This document shows, in pieces, positions 1-9,134 of a stretch of 64,000 nucleotides of DNA. Numbering within the stretch: the stretch's first letter is position 1; each line of letters starts with the position of its first letter. The DNA lies in NCBI GenBank assembly GCA_965116475.1, contig OZ220691.1, positions 992,001-1,056,000 of the forward strand, read 5' to 3'. The notes beneath the pieces were generated by a model. It was not told the origin of the DNA, did not search any database, and was given only the letters and a program-made list of their open reading frames with translations. The DNA comes from Gemmatimonadota bacterium. GTDB taxonomy: Bacteria > Gemmatimonadota > Gemmatimonadetes > Palauibacterales > Palauibacteraceae. The position numbers and the translations under genes were made by a program.

Positions 1-208
1 GAGCTGTCCCCTCATCCTCGATGATGTCGTCGGCGCTTCCGACGCCGTGCGGAAACAGGCGGTGCTGCAGACGCTGCACGCGCTCGCGCGCTCCACCCAG
101 GTCATCCTGTTCACGCACGAGGACGATGTGCGGGACTGGGCAAGGGAGAACCTGACGGGATCCGACGGTCGCCTCATCGAACTCGCCGGGCGGCGGCGCG
201 ATGCCTAG
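1..208 (+). CDS. 3' end of an SMC/SbcC/YhaN-like ABC-type ATPase (partial, runs in from the window edge)
   Basis: Frame starting at base 2 reads SCPLILDDVVGASD...QVILFTHEDD...RRRDA* (TAG 206-208), giving Walker B-like LILDD and H-loop-like ILFTH motifs. Not in the supplied ORF track. Confidence 0.7.
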   Translation, partial: SCPLILDDVVGASDAVRKQAVLQTLHALARSTQVILFTHEDDVRDWARENLTGSDGRLIELAGRRRDA

Positions 209-243
209 CAGTCCCGGCTGTCAGGGTACCGGGCGAAGCGCGG

Positions 244-1269
244 CTACTTGAAGACCTTGTAGTCGGTCGAGTGGCCCGGGTTCACCTTCGCGGTCGGGTC
301 GATGTGGTGGACCGCGTTGTTCACGGCGACCGCGGCCTCCCCGAAGCCGGTCGAGATCAACTCCAGCTTCCCATCGTAGGTGGCGATGTCCCCCGCCGCA
401 TAGACGCCGGGGATGTTGGTGCGCATGCGCGAGTCCACCACGATGCACCTCTTCTCCAGCTCGAGCCCCCATTCGGCGATCGGCCCGATATTCGGGACGA
501 ACCCGATCAGGGCGACGATCTCATCCACTTCGAGGCGTGTCGTCTCCTCCGTCTTCGTGTGTCGGATCGTCGCGGCCTCCACCCGCTCGCCGCCGTGAAT
601 CTCCGTCACGGCGTGGAAGGTTCGGAGGCGCAGTTCGCCCCGTTCATGCGCGCCCTCGACCTGGGCGATCGTGCTCTCGTGCGCCCGGTAGCGGTCGGTC
701 CGGTGGATATGCGTGAGTTCGCCGGCGATGTTCCGCAGCGCCCAACTCCAGTCGAAGGCGGAGTCGCCTCCACCGACGAGGAGAACGCGTTTCCCGCGGT
801 ACATCTCGGGGTCTTTCACGTTCGTCTCGAGGCCCCGGTTCAGGAACTCATCCCACCCCGGCACGCGCAGCGTCCGGCTCTTGAAGGCGCCCTTGCCCCC
901 CGCGATGACGACGGTACGCGTGGGGCGCGGCCCCTGGTCCGTGCGAAGATCGAAGTGGCCGTTTCCCGGATTGAGTTCGAGGACGCGCTCCTCGAGGCAG
1001 ACCTCCGCGCCGAACTGCAGGCCCTGCGTGACGAGTTCCCGCGCCAGATCCTTGGCGAGCACGCGGGGGAAACCCGCGACGTCAAAGACGTCCTTCTCGG
1101 GGTACAGCGCCGTCAACTGACCGCCGAGTTCGGGCAGGACATCGATGATGCGGGCCGACACGCCGCGCATACCGGCGTAGAACGACCCGTACAGGCCGGT
1201 GGGACCGCCTCCGATGATGGTAATGTCGACTGTTTCTTTTTCCACGCCCAAGCCGTTCAAGCCGTCCAA
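244..1269 (-). CDS. Thioredoxin-reductase-fold ferredoxin/flavodoxin--NADP+ reductase (YumC-like)
   Basis: IIGGGPTG FAD motif, VGGGDSA NAD(P) motif, HRTDRYRA and YAAGD; no CxxC. The start may be GTG at 1245. Confidence 0.85.
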   Translation of the reverse strand: MDGLNGLGVEKETVDITIIGGGPTGLYGSFYAGMRGVSARIIDVLPELGGQLTALYPEKDVFDVAGFPRVLAKDLARELVTQGLQFGAEVCLEERVLELNPGNGHFDLRTDQGPRPTRTVVIAGGKGAFKSRTLRVPGWDEFLNRGLETNVKDPEMYRGKRVLLVGGGDSAFDWSWALRNIAGELTHIHRTDRYRAHESTIAQVEGAHERGELRLRTFHAVTEIHGGERVEAATIRHTKTEETTRLEVDEIVALIGFVPNIGPIAEWGLELEKRCIVVDSRMRTNIPGVYAAGDIATYDGKLELISTGFGEAAVAVNNAVHHIDPTAKVNPGHSTDYKVFK

Positions 1270-1275
1270 GCCATC
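1249..1275. repeat. 3 x 9-bp imperfect tandem repeat (caagccgtt/caagccgtc/caagccatc)
   Basis: Read directly from the sequence at the 5' end of the reductase gene. Confidence 0.7.
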
Positions 1276-1284
1276 CGGGGATGA

Positions 1285-1944
1285 TCAGGCGACGCTCTTC
1301 CATTTCCGCCGGAGGCAGTGTGTTCCGTAATCGATGATCGCCCAGGCCGACGTGACGCCGACGAGCAACACGAGTGCGGGAACATACCGAGGGTTGAAAA
1401 TGAGGGCGAGGAGCGTGAGGAACTGCAGGCCCGTGGCGATTTTCCCCGGCCACCGCGGCTTGAAGGGGATGATGATGGAGACGAGCCGCGCCAGGAGATA
1501 GCACCCGGCCGTATAGAGATCCCGGAGGATCAGGATCACGAACGACACCCCGTCGAGGCCGCCCGCCGCCAGGAAGCCGGAGAGCGCGAGCAGGACGAAG
1601 AGCTTGTCGCAGAGCGGGTCGAGCAGGAGTCCGACCTGGGAGCGCGTCCCGCTGACGCGGGCGATGAATCCATCGAGGACATCCGTTGCACCCGCCGTGG
1701 CCACGAGCACCGCCATCATTCGGGGGTCCGAGACGACGATGAAGGCGAGGCCGAGCGGTATGCGGCTCAGGGACAGGAGATTCGACAGGGTCAGAAACCC
1801 CGGATCGTGTGTCTGTATCGGATTCCTCCGCTTCGACCTGGTCGACGGACCCGCCCCACGCACGGGAAGATGCACGTTCCTGGGGCGGGTCTCCAGTGCC
1901 CCGGCAAGCGTCGCCGAGGGTTCGCCGATGGCCGCGCGATGCAC
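1285..1944 (-). CDS. CDP-alcohol phosphatidyltransferase (PgsA-like)
   Basis: Signature DVLDGFIAR...G..LDPLCD, N-terminal TLSNLLSLSR, several TM segments. The true start is probably downstream of 1944. Confidence 0.85.
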   Translation of the reverse strand: MHRAAIGEPSATLAGALETRPRNVHLPVRGAGPSTRSKRRNPIQTHDPGFLTLSNLLSLSRIPLGLAFIVVSDPRMMAVLVATAGATDVLDGFIARVSGTRSQVGLLLDPLCDKLFVLLALSGFLAAGGLDGVSFVILILRDLYTAGCYLLARLVSIIIPFKPRWPGKIATGLQFLTLLALIFNPRYVPALVLLVGVTSAWAIIDYGTHCLRRKWKSVA

Positions 1945-1949
1945 GGGAT

Positions 1950-2324
1950 CTACTGCGGAAGCTCGGCGCTGGCGGTTGCGCTGTCCTCGCTGTCCGGCCG
2001 CGGATCGAGCATCACCATTTCCTCCACGACCACGTCCACGGTGGGAATCGCGATGCCATCGCGCTCGAACGACCCGTACTCGAGGTGGCCCTCGACGTAG
2101 AGGCGAGAGCCCTTGTGCACATACTCGCCGACCGTCTCCGCCTGGCGGCGCCAGAAGGTGAGCCGGTGCCAGTCCGTGCGACGCCGGGTCTCCCCGTTCT
2201 TGCGGAACACGCGGTTGGTCGCGAGCGACAGGTGTGCGACGGCGGTGCCGGTGGCGGTCTCGCGCACATCGGGGTCGCTGCCGGCGTTTCCGACGAGAAT
2301 GACCCGGTTCACGGTTCTCGACAT
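1950..2324 (-). CDS. ssb: Single-stranded DNA-binding protein (short, 124 aa)
   Basis: VNRVILVGNAGSDP, LATN, TDWHR, KGSRLYVEG OB-fold motifs; AAAGGAG SD before ATG 2324. Confidence 0.92.
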   Translation of the reverse strand: MSRTVNRVILVGNAGSDPDVRETATGTAVAHLSLATNRVFRKNGETRRRTDWHRLTFWRRQAETVGEYVHKGSRLYVEGHLEYGSFERDGIAIPTVDVVVEEMVMLDPRPDSEDSATASAELPQ

Positions 2325-2480
2325 GATTCTCTCCTTTGTGATGGGTGAATGGGCGCGGCTAGCAGTCCGTGGCACGCGAATCTCCGGTTCGACGGGGGGG
2401 CTTCAAACCGCATCTCCTCCACGGCCGAAGCTGGCCGGTCCCGCCTTGACGCCGCGACCGGAACAGGGTCTGCTCAGGGG

Positions 2481-3464
2481 ATGATCCGGACGGACCTCTC
2501 ATCTGACGCCTCGCGCACCCGGGCCCGGCGGGGCCTGATCCTGATCGCTGTCGCCGTCGTCCTCTCGGGAACGATCTCCGTCATCGAGGTCATCGTCCGC
2601 GCGACGCTCGAAGGCCCGCGAATCACGGCGCTGGCCCATTCGGCGGAGGGGCTTGGGCCGGGTTCCGCCGTCTGGGTGGCCGGAAGATCCGTGGGGCGCG
2701 TGCTCTCGATTTCCTTCCAGCCTCCCGAAGCGAACCGCGACGATGGGTCGTTCGAGAGCCACGTGGTGATCGACGCCGTCATCGACCGGGTCGCCGAGCC
2801 CATCCTGCGGGCGGATGCCACCGCCGACGTTCGACCCTCGGATCTCGTGGCGCCCGTCGTGCTCTCCGTGAACCCCGGCACGGGCTCCGCGCCCCCCTGG
2901 AACTACTCGGACACGCTGCGGGCTTCCGGTCCGCCGATCGAACCGGAGACGGTCATGGCGCTGGCGGACTCGCTGTTGCGGGCGGTGCGCGCGCTCGAGG
3001 TCGACGCCTCCGAGGCGCAGGACGTGCTCGGCTCGGACCAGGGCTCGCTGGCCCGCTTTCGCGAGGATCCGGGCACGCTCGCCGGGTTGCGTAGCAGTCT
3101 CGAGTCGCTGGAGGCGCTGGTTGAACGGGACCTTCAGCGCTCCTCGCTCGTTCGGTTCGCAACGGACACGGTGGTGAGCGCGGCCGCGCGACGGGTGCGT
3201 GAGCGGTTCGCGGCCTGGGAGGCGTCGCCGGAACTTGCGAACGGCGTCGCCAATGTCGAATCGACGGCCGAGGCGCTGGACGCCGTCATGTCTCGGGTCG
3301 CCGCGATCATCGAGCGGCTGGAACGCGGCGAAGGGACCGCAGGCCGGGCGCTCGTGGATGGGGAGATCCGGCGCCAACTCGAGGCCCTGCGCACCGCGGC
3401 CGCCGAACTGGCGGAAGATCTCGGCTACAACCCGTCGCGCTGGCTACGCGTCCGCGTCTTCTAG
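2481..3464 (+). CDS. MlaD/MCE-domain membrane-anchored protein
   Basis: N-terminal TM, AEGLGPGSAVWVAGRSVGRV MCE motif, helical C-terminal region with GEGTAGRAL and NPSRWLR end. Confidence 0.8.
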   Translation: MIRTDLSSDASRTRARRGLILIAVAVVLSGTISVIEVIVRATLEGPRITALAHSAEGLGPGSAVWVAGRSVGRVLSISFQPPEANRDDGSFESHVVIDAVIDRVAEPILRADATADVRPSDLVAPVVLSVNPGTGSAPPWNYSDTLRASGPPIEPETVMALADSLLRAVRALEVDASEAQDVLGSDQGSLARFREDPGTLAGLRSSLESLEALVERDLQRSSLVRFATDTVVSAAARRVRERFAAWEASPELANGVANVESTAEALDAVMSRVAAIIERLERGEGTAGRALVDGEIRRQLEALRTAAAELAEDLGYNPSRWLRVRVF

Positions 3465-3486
3465 CAGGCCGCGAACTGCCGGGCGG

Positions 3487-3840
3487 CTAGATCCTTCGCT
3501 TCGGAAGGCCGCCGTGGACGGCGAACTTGAGCAGTTCCGTCTTTCTGCCGCGCTTTCGCCGAATCCCGATGATGACGTGGTCGACCACCTGGTCGCGGTC
3601 TTCGATCGACACCGCCACATCGACGGATCCATCCGCGGCCGTGATCCGCGTCCGCACGGAGCGGCCGGGTTCCGCGTCCGCCGTACGTGCCGGATTGCGG
3701 CACAGCGTGCGGGAGGAGCGACGCCCGCCGGGCACCGGCCGCGACAGCTTCAACAGGCGGAACCAGTCGGGCTGATAGCTTATCCGCCACAGATTGCCGA
3801 GCTGGTCGAGTCCCCTTCCTTCGCGATTGTGTCTGGCCAT
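3487..3840 (-). CDS. Basic hypothetical protein (117 aa), divergent from rho
   Basis: ATG-initiated [27 protein letters not shown]...; protein-like composition; fills the mlaD-rho gap without overlaps. Confidence 0.6.
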   Translation of the reverse strand: MARHNREGRGLDQLGNLWRISYQPDWFRLLKLSRPVPGGRRSSRTLCRNPARTADAEPGRSVRTRITAADGSVDVAVSIEDRDQVVDHVIIGIRRKRGRKTELLKFAVHGGLPKRRI

Positions 3841-3882
3841 CCGGCGCTCGAGGGTCGCAGTTGCGGTTGCGGCGCGGTCTCC

Positions 3883-3911
3883 TTGACCGTGCCCGGCGGC
3901 ACCATTATGGT
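3883..3911 (+). promoter_or_regulatory. Sigma70-type promoter of rho
   Basis: TTGACC (3883-3888), 17 bp, TATGGT (3906-3911). Confidence 0.6.
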
Positions 3912-4025
3912 CGGTGGGTCCGCCTCGGACCACATCCCCCGGCCGCAAGCAGGAACACCTCACGAACCGACCGTGCCGCACGCGGCATGGCTGCAGCCCG
4001 GCTCACTCTCTTCCGGAGGAAGGCG

Positions 4026-5276
4026 ATGGACATCGCCGAACTCAAGTCGAAGTCGATCGGCGAGCTCCACGACATGGCCGAAGAACTCGACATCCACAAC
4101 TTCTCGGGCCTCCGAAAACAGGACCTGATCTTTCGGATCGAACAGAATCTCCTCGATTCCGACATCGTCCTCCGGGGCGAGGGCGTCCTCGAGATTCTGC
4201 CGGAGGGCTACGGCTTCCTGCGGAGTCAGGATTGGAACTACCTGTACGGCCCGGACGACATCTACGTCTCACCGTCGCAGATCAAGCGCTTCGACATGCG
4301 GACGGGAGACACGATCCAGGGACGCGTGCGGCCGCCGAAGGAGGGCGAACGATACCTCGCCCTGCTGAAGGTGGAGACGCTCAACGGGGTGGATCCGGAC
4401 AAGGCGAAGCACCGGATCGCGTTCGACAACCTCCGGCCGCGCTACCCGGAAGAGCGACTCGTCCTCGAGCAGGAGGACGGCGACGTGTCGATGCGGATTC
4501 TCGACCTCATCGCGCCGATCGGTAAGGGGCAGCGGAGCCTCATCGTCTCCCCGCCCAAGGCCGGAAAGACGATTCTGCTGCAGAAGATCGCGAACGCCAT
4601 CGTCGAGAACCAGCCGGACGCGAAGGTGATCGTACTCCTCATCGACGAGCGGCCCGAAGAGGTCACGGACATGGAGGAGAACGTTCCGGCCGAGATCATC
4701 TCATCCACGTTCGATGAACCGGCCGACCGCCACACGCAGGTGGCGGAGATGGTGATCGAGAAGGCCAAGCGACTGGTCGAATACCAGCACGATGTCGTGA
4801 TCCTCCTCGATTCGATCACGCGGCTCGCGCGGGCCTACAACACGACGGTCCCCCACTCGGGCAAGATCCTCTCCGGCGGCGTGGACGCGAACGCGCTCCA
4901 CCGGCCGAAGCGCTTCTTCGGCGCGGCGCGAAACATCGAGGAGGGAGGCAGCCTCACGATCATCGCGACGGCCCTCATCGAGACGGGCAGCCGGATGGAC
5001 GAGGTCATCTTCGAGGAATTCAAGGGCACCGGGAACAGCGAAGTTCTGCTGGACCGCCAGATCTCCGACAAGCGGATCTACCCCGCGATCGACCTCAACC
5101 GTTCGAGCACGCGCAAGGAGGAACTCCTCCTGAACGAGGTCGAACTCAACCGGATGTACCTGCTGCGGAACTTCCTCTCCGACATGCCGCCGGCCGAGGC
5201 GATTCAGTTCATGATCGAGCGGCTGCAGCGAACAGACACGAACCAGGAGTTCCTCGACTCGATGGCGGGCGGATAA
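4026..5276 (+). CDS. rho: Transcription termination factor Rho
   Basis: [70 protein letters not shown] upstream. Confidence 0.98.
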   Translation: MDIAELKSKSIGELHDMAEELDIHNFSGLRKQDLIFRIEQNLLDSDIVLRGEGVLEILPEGYGFLRSQDWNYLYGPDDIYVSPSQIKRFDMRTGDTIQGRVRPPKEGERYLALLKVETLNGVDPDKAKHRIAFDNLRPRYPEERLVLEQEDGDVSMRILDLIAPIGKGQRSLIVSPPKAGKTILLQKIANAIVENQPDAKVIVLLIDERPEEVTDMEENVPAEIISSTFDEPADRHTQVAEMVIEKAKRLVEYQHDVVILLDSITRLARAYNTTVPHSGKILSGGVDANALHRPKRFFGAARNIEEGGSLTIIATALIETGSRMDEVIFEEFKGTGNSEVLLDRQISDKRIYPAIDLNRSSTRKEELLLNEVELNRMYLLRNFLSDMPPAEAIQFMIERLQRTDTNQEFLDSMAGG

Positions 5277-5282
5277 CCCGTC

Positions 5283-8132
5283 TCAGGGCGCCTCCAGCCA
5301 GCGGTCTTCCAGTACCTCCAACAGCGCCGAGTGCGTCGCGTCCCCCACCGTCAGCGTCACGCGGTACGTGCCCGGGGACACGGGCAACCCGGCCCCGCCC
5401 TGACCCTGGAGGGCCGGGTTCGTGCGCAGATTCCAGGCCACCCGGTTGAGGCCCGACCGGGCGGTCCCCTCGAGTTCGCGCACGACCTTCCCGGTGGCGA
5501 GTTCCGAGATTTCAATCGACACATCGGCCGGAGAGCCCAGGTAGTACTGGATCATCGTACCTGCCGGGGCGCTCTCGCCCGTCCAGTTCTTGTCGCCCGT
5601 GACGGAGCGGCTGCGCCGGATGTCGTTCTTCCAGAGGACGGCGGGGCGCGGGTCGAAGAGGTGCGCATCGCTGGCCAGGATACTGTCGGTCACCGCCTGA
5701 AGGGCCGTGACGTCGTCGAGCACGTAGACGCTTCGGCCGTGTGTCGCGAGCACGAGGTCGTTCTCGCGCGGATGGACGAGCACGTCATCGATCCGGACCA
5801 CGGGCAGACCCGGCATGAAATCGTGCCACGTGCCGCCCTCATTGAAGGAGACGTGGAAGCCGAACTCGGTGCCTGCGTAGAGCAGGCGGGGGTTCCGCGG
5901 ATCCTGCCGCACCGTGTTCACGTTTCCGAACGAGGGCAGGTTCGACGTGATGTCCTCCCACGTCGCGCCGTAGTCGCGCGTCACGTACACGTAGGGGCGC
6001 AGGTCGTCGTTCTTGTGCCCATCGATCGATACGTACGCGGTCGCCGGGTCCGCGTGCGAGGCTTCCACCCGGGACACGTAGTGCCGTGTCGTACCCCCGG
6101 GGAGGTTGCGGCTGACCTCGGTCCATGTCGCGCCGCCGTCGCGGCTCACCTGGATGTTGCCGTCGTCGGTCCCCGCCCAGAGGAGGCCCGGGACGATGGA
6201 CGACTCCGCGATGGAGGTCATGCTGCCCCACATCGAGACACCGTCGTTTCGCGACAGGGTGCACTCGGCCCCGCGCTCGAACCGGGAGCAGCGCGGGATG
6301 CCGTTGGCCACCCCCATCACGACCTCGGCGTCCCGATCCACGTCCTTGGTGAGGTCCGGGCCCATCGTCCACGTCTCTCCACGGTCGCGCGATGTGAAGA
6401 ACCGGTTGCCGCCCGCGTGCAGGATGCGCGGGTTGTGAGGCGAGAGGAGGAACGGCGTGTTCCAGTTCCACCGGATCTCGGTGTCGGACGACGGAACCGG
6501 GACGATGTTCGTGTCCGTCGGATCCTCTTCATCCGGCGCCCGGGGCGTGATGGAGCGCGAGACGCCCTCGCGCAGATCCACGCGCCGGAGACGCCCGTTC
6601 TGGGATTCGACGAACACGATGGCCGGGTCCGTCGGGTCCACCTGCGTGTAGAACCCGTCCCCGCCGCCGACCCGGTACCAGTCCTGCGAGAGGATCGGCC
6701 CGGAGCGCACGGAACTCGGCCCGCACCAGCTCCCGTTGTCCTGAAGGCCCGTGCACACGTAGTAGGGGCGCCGCATGTCCACGGAGGCGTGATAGGGCTG
6801 CCCGACGGCCGAGGGGCGTAGCGCTTCCCAGGTCTCGCCCTGGTCCCAACTCACGTCGACCCCCCCGTCGTTGCCGATCACGAGGTGGTCGTGGTCGGCC
6901 GGATCGATCCAGAACGCGTGCTGGTCCACGTGGCCGTACCCGCTCAGCACCTCCCACGTGCGCCCGCCGTCGCGTGACTTCGACACCCGCTGGTCCACGG
7001 TATAGACGAGATCCGGATCCTCGGGGGAGACGCGGATCTGGCTGAAGTACATGGGGCGGCCGTTCTCGTTGCTCCGGAACTCCCATGTGCGGCCCTTGTC
7101 CGCCGACCGCCAGACCCCGGACCACTGCGGGTCGGGCGGGAGCGAATCGACTCTCGCGAGCCGGCGCCATTCGTCCTGCTCCTCTTCGGAGAGCGGCGAC
7201 TCCCGGTCCGCGGCGACTTCGATCTGGGCGTAGACGACATCGGGATCGGCCGGCGTCATGGCGAGCGCAATGCGGCCCAGGGTGCCGGAGGGCAGTCCGG
7301 CTCCCTCGACGGGCGACCAGCTCTCGCCGCCGTCCCCGGAGCGCCAGATCCCGCTCCCCGGCCCTCCGCCCACGAAACAGCACACCGAGCGTCGCCGCTG
7401 ATAGGTGGAGGCGAACAGGACATCGGGATTCGACGGGTCCATGACGAGGTCGGTCGCGCCGGTGTCCTCATCGACCGCGAGCACGTGGCGCCAGCTCTCC
7501 CCGCCATCGCTGGACTTGAACACGCCGCGCTCGGGGTTGGGGCCGAAGAGATGGCCGACCGCGGCCACCCACACGACATCCGGATTCGTGGGGTGGACGA
7601 GGACGCGCGCGATGCTCTGCGTCTCCCGGAGCCCCGTGTGCGCGAACGTGGCGCCGCCGTCGGTGCTCTTGTAGACGCCGTAGCCGAACGACGAACTCTG
7701 CCGGTTGTTCGCCTCGCCCGTGCCTGCGTAGAGGACATCGGGCTCGGAGGGCGCGAGCGCGAGCGCGCCGATGGAGTGTGTCTCGTAGCTGTCGAAGATC
7801 GACTCGAACGTCGTCCCGTTGTTGGTCGTCTTCCACAGACCGCCGGTCGCGAAGCCCACGTAGAAGATCCGCGTGTCCCCGGGGTGGACCGCGAGGTCAT
7901 CCACGCGGCCGCCCTGCCCCGTCGGGCCGATGGACCGCCACCGGAACCCCTGGAGCAGCGGGTGTTCGGGCGCGTTGATGACCGCGTCTTCATCCGGCCC
8001 TCCGTCCTGGGCATGGACCGGCGGCGGCAGCGTGAGCAGGGCCGCAAACAGCGCGAGTACGATCATCGAGGGGGCGCAGGCGTGCGATGTGCGCGATGTG
8101 CGCGATGTGGATGTGTGCGATGTGTATGGCAT
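5283..8132 (-). CDS. Secreted BNR/Asp-box (VPS10/sortilin-like) beta-propeller protein, glycosyl-hydrolase-like
   Basis: Signal peptide (VHA|Q); many S/T-x-D-G-G-x-T/S-W Asp-boxes; WRSIGP..GGRV and GLQDNGSW motifs; C-terminal FlgD-like Ig segment. Confidence 0.85.
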   Translation of the reverse strand: MPYTSHTSTSRTSRTSHACAPSMIVLALFAALLTLPPPVHAQDGGPDEDAVINAPEHPLLQGFRWRSIGPTGQGGRVDDLAVHPGDTRIFYVGFATGGLWKTTNNGTTFESIFDSYETHSIGALALAPSEPDVLYAGTGEANNRQSSSFGYGVYKSTDGGATFAHTGLRETQSIARVLVHPTNPDVVWVAAVGHLFGPNPERGVFKSSDGGESWRHVLAVDEDTGATDLVMDPSNPDVLFASTYQRRRSVCCFVGGGPGSGIWRSGDGGESWSPVEGAGLPSGTLGRIALAMTPADPDVVYAQIEVAADRESPLSEEEQDEWRRLARVDSLPPDPQWSGVWRSADKGRTWEFRSNENGRPMYFSQIRVSPEDPDLVYTVDQRVSKSRDGGRTWEVLSGYGHVDQHAFWIDPADHDHLVIGNDGGVDVSWDQGETWEALRPSAVGQPYHASVDMRRPYYVCTGLQDNGSWCGPSSVRSGPILSQDWYRVGGGDGFYTQVDPTDPAIVFVESQNGRLRRVDLREGVSRSITPRAPDEEDPTDTNIVPVPSSDTEIRWNWNTPFLLSPHNPRILHAGGNRFFTSRDRGETWTMGPDLTKDVDRDAEVVMGVANGIPRCSRFERGAECTLSRNDGVSMWGSMTSIAESSIVPGLLWAGTDDGNIQVSRDGGATWTEVSRNLPGGTTRHYVSRVEASHADPATAYVSIDGHKNDDLRPYVYVTRDYGATWEDITSNLPSFGNVNTVRQDPRNPRLLYAGTEFGFHVSFNEGGTWHDFMPGLPVVRIDDVLVHPRENDLVLATHGRSVYVLDDVTALQAVTDSILASDAHLFDPRPAVLWKNDIRRSRSVTGDKNWTGESAPAGTMIQYYLGSPADVSIEISELATGKVVRELEGTARSGLNRVAWNLRTNPALQGQGGAGLPVSPGTYRVTLTVGDATHSALLEVLEDRWLEAP
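8084..8125. repeat. 9-bp tandem repeat (gcgatgtgc-type) encoding TSH/TSR in the N-terminus of the BNR protein
   Basis: gcgatgtgc gcgatgtgc gcgatgtgg atgtgt gcgatgtgt. Confidence 0.75.
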
Positions 8133-8172
8133 GGGATCTTTCTCTCGGAACGGACCGGGGCGGCGACCCGGC

Positions 8173-8202
8173 ATTATCCGACAGGCGGTCGGAGTCTGTC
8201 AA
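8173..8202 (-). promoter_or_regulatory. Sigma70-type promoter of the BNR protein gene with a palindrome in the spacer
   Basis: Minus strand TTGACA (8202-8197), 18 bp, GATAAT (8178-8173); TCCGAC-N5-GTCGGA at 8177-8193. Confidence 0.55.
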
Positions 8203-8282
8203 AGCTCGCCAGCCGCCAAACCGCGCCGAAGACCCGGAGAAACGGGCGGCGACTTGCCGGCGGGACCGCGAAAAAGCATGCT

Positions 8283-8306
8283 GCGGAGTGCCACGCGGAG
8301 TGCCAC
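8283..8306. repeat. 2 x 12-bp tandem repeat gcggagtgccac
   Basis: Exact duplication just upstream of the SD of the FmdB-family gene. Confidence 0.8.
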
Positions 8307-8321
8307 GCGACGGGAGGACCC

Positions 8322-8567
8322 ATGCCGATATACGAGTACCGGTGCCGCGAGTGTTCGCACGAGTTCGAACTCCTCGTGCGGGGTCCGATGACGCCCGCGT
8401 GCGCTTCGTGCGGGAGCGCGGAGCTGGACCGTCTCATCTCCCTTCCACGCGTCCACTCCGATGCCCGCAGGGAACGGTCGCTCGCCGCAGCGAAGAAACG
8501 CGATGCGAAGCTCGGGAGTGAACGCACGCGAGCGCAACGGGAGTACGAACTGGCCCACAACGACTGA
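8322..8567 (+). CDS. FmdB-family zinc-ribbon protein
   Basis: MPIYEYRCRECSHEFE...CASCGS with two CxxC pairs; GGGAGGA SD. Confidence 0.9.
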   Translation: MPIYEYRCRECSHEFELLVRGPMTPACASCGSAELDRLISLPRVHSDARRERSLAAAKKRDAKLGSERTRAQREYELAHND

Positions 8568-8569
8568 TC

Positions 8570-8597
8570 CCCTGGCGGGTGCCACGGCCTGCCAGGG
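8570..8597 (+). terminator. GC-rich hairpin after the FmdB-family gene (no U-tract)
   Basis: ccctggcggg (8570-8579) pairs with cctgccaggg (8588-8597). Confidence 0.35.
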
Positions 8598-8672
8598 CGG
8601 GCGCGCCGGGACACGTGAACGCGGTGGATCCGTGAGACGGACGGGTGGGGCGAGGCGGACGGAGATGATGGG

Positions 8673-9068
8673 ATGACGGAAACCTACGCGCAGGCGCTGG
8701 CCGAGCACGGGATCGAGGACGTACAACGCCTCTACCGACGACTCCTCCTGCGGCTGAAGACGCGCGATGACGGAGCCTACGAGCGTGCCGTCGCACGCTA
8801 CCGGTCGCATGTGGAAGGCGTGACGGCAGGCGGCGAGGCGCTGGCGGCGTGGCTTTCCTATGGGGCGTGGCTGGCTTCCAGCCTGGAGCCCGGGGGACTC
8901 TTCACGATCTCGGAGGAAGGACTCGCGGCGCGCGCGCCGGACCCGTCCCCGGCGGGCGGCATGCTGATCCATCTGCCCGCGGCGGCGAACCGCCGGGGCT
9001 TCGTGATCGCCATGCCCGCGACCCCCTCCGAAGCGCAGCGCGCCACGGCCGAACTGCTGTGTGAGTAG
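8673..9068 (+). CDS. Hypothetical protein (131 aa)
   Basis: ATG start, high-GC3 codon usage, protein-like sequence, co-oriented with its neighbours. Confidence 0.7.
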   Translation: MTETYAQALAEHGIEDVQRLYRRLLLRLKTRDDGAYERAVARYRSHVEGVTAGGEALAAWLSYGAWLASSLEPGGLFTISEEGLAARAPDPSPAGGMLIHLPAAANRRGFVIAMPATPSEAQRATAELLCE

Positions 9069-9134
9069 GGGTCCCGCCGGCCGAGGCCGGCGCGGGATGA
9101 TGATGACGAGGATGGCCGAGGTGGAAGAGGAGGC

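Noticed and set aside
2355-2395. Sigma54-like TGGCACG upstream of ssb/mlaD
   Set aside because: No correctly spaced TGC -12 element on that strand.
3687-4025. N-terminal extension of Rho (529 aa)
   Set aside because: A promoter at 3883-3911 and an SD before ATG 4026 indicate a standard ~416-aa Rho.
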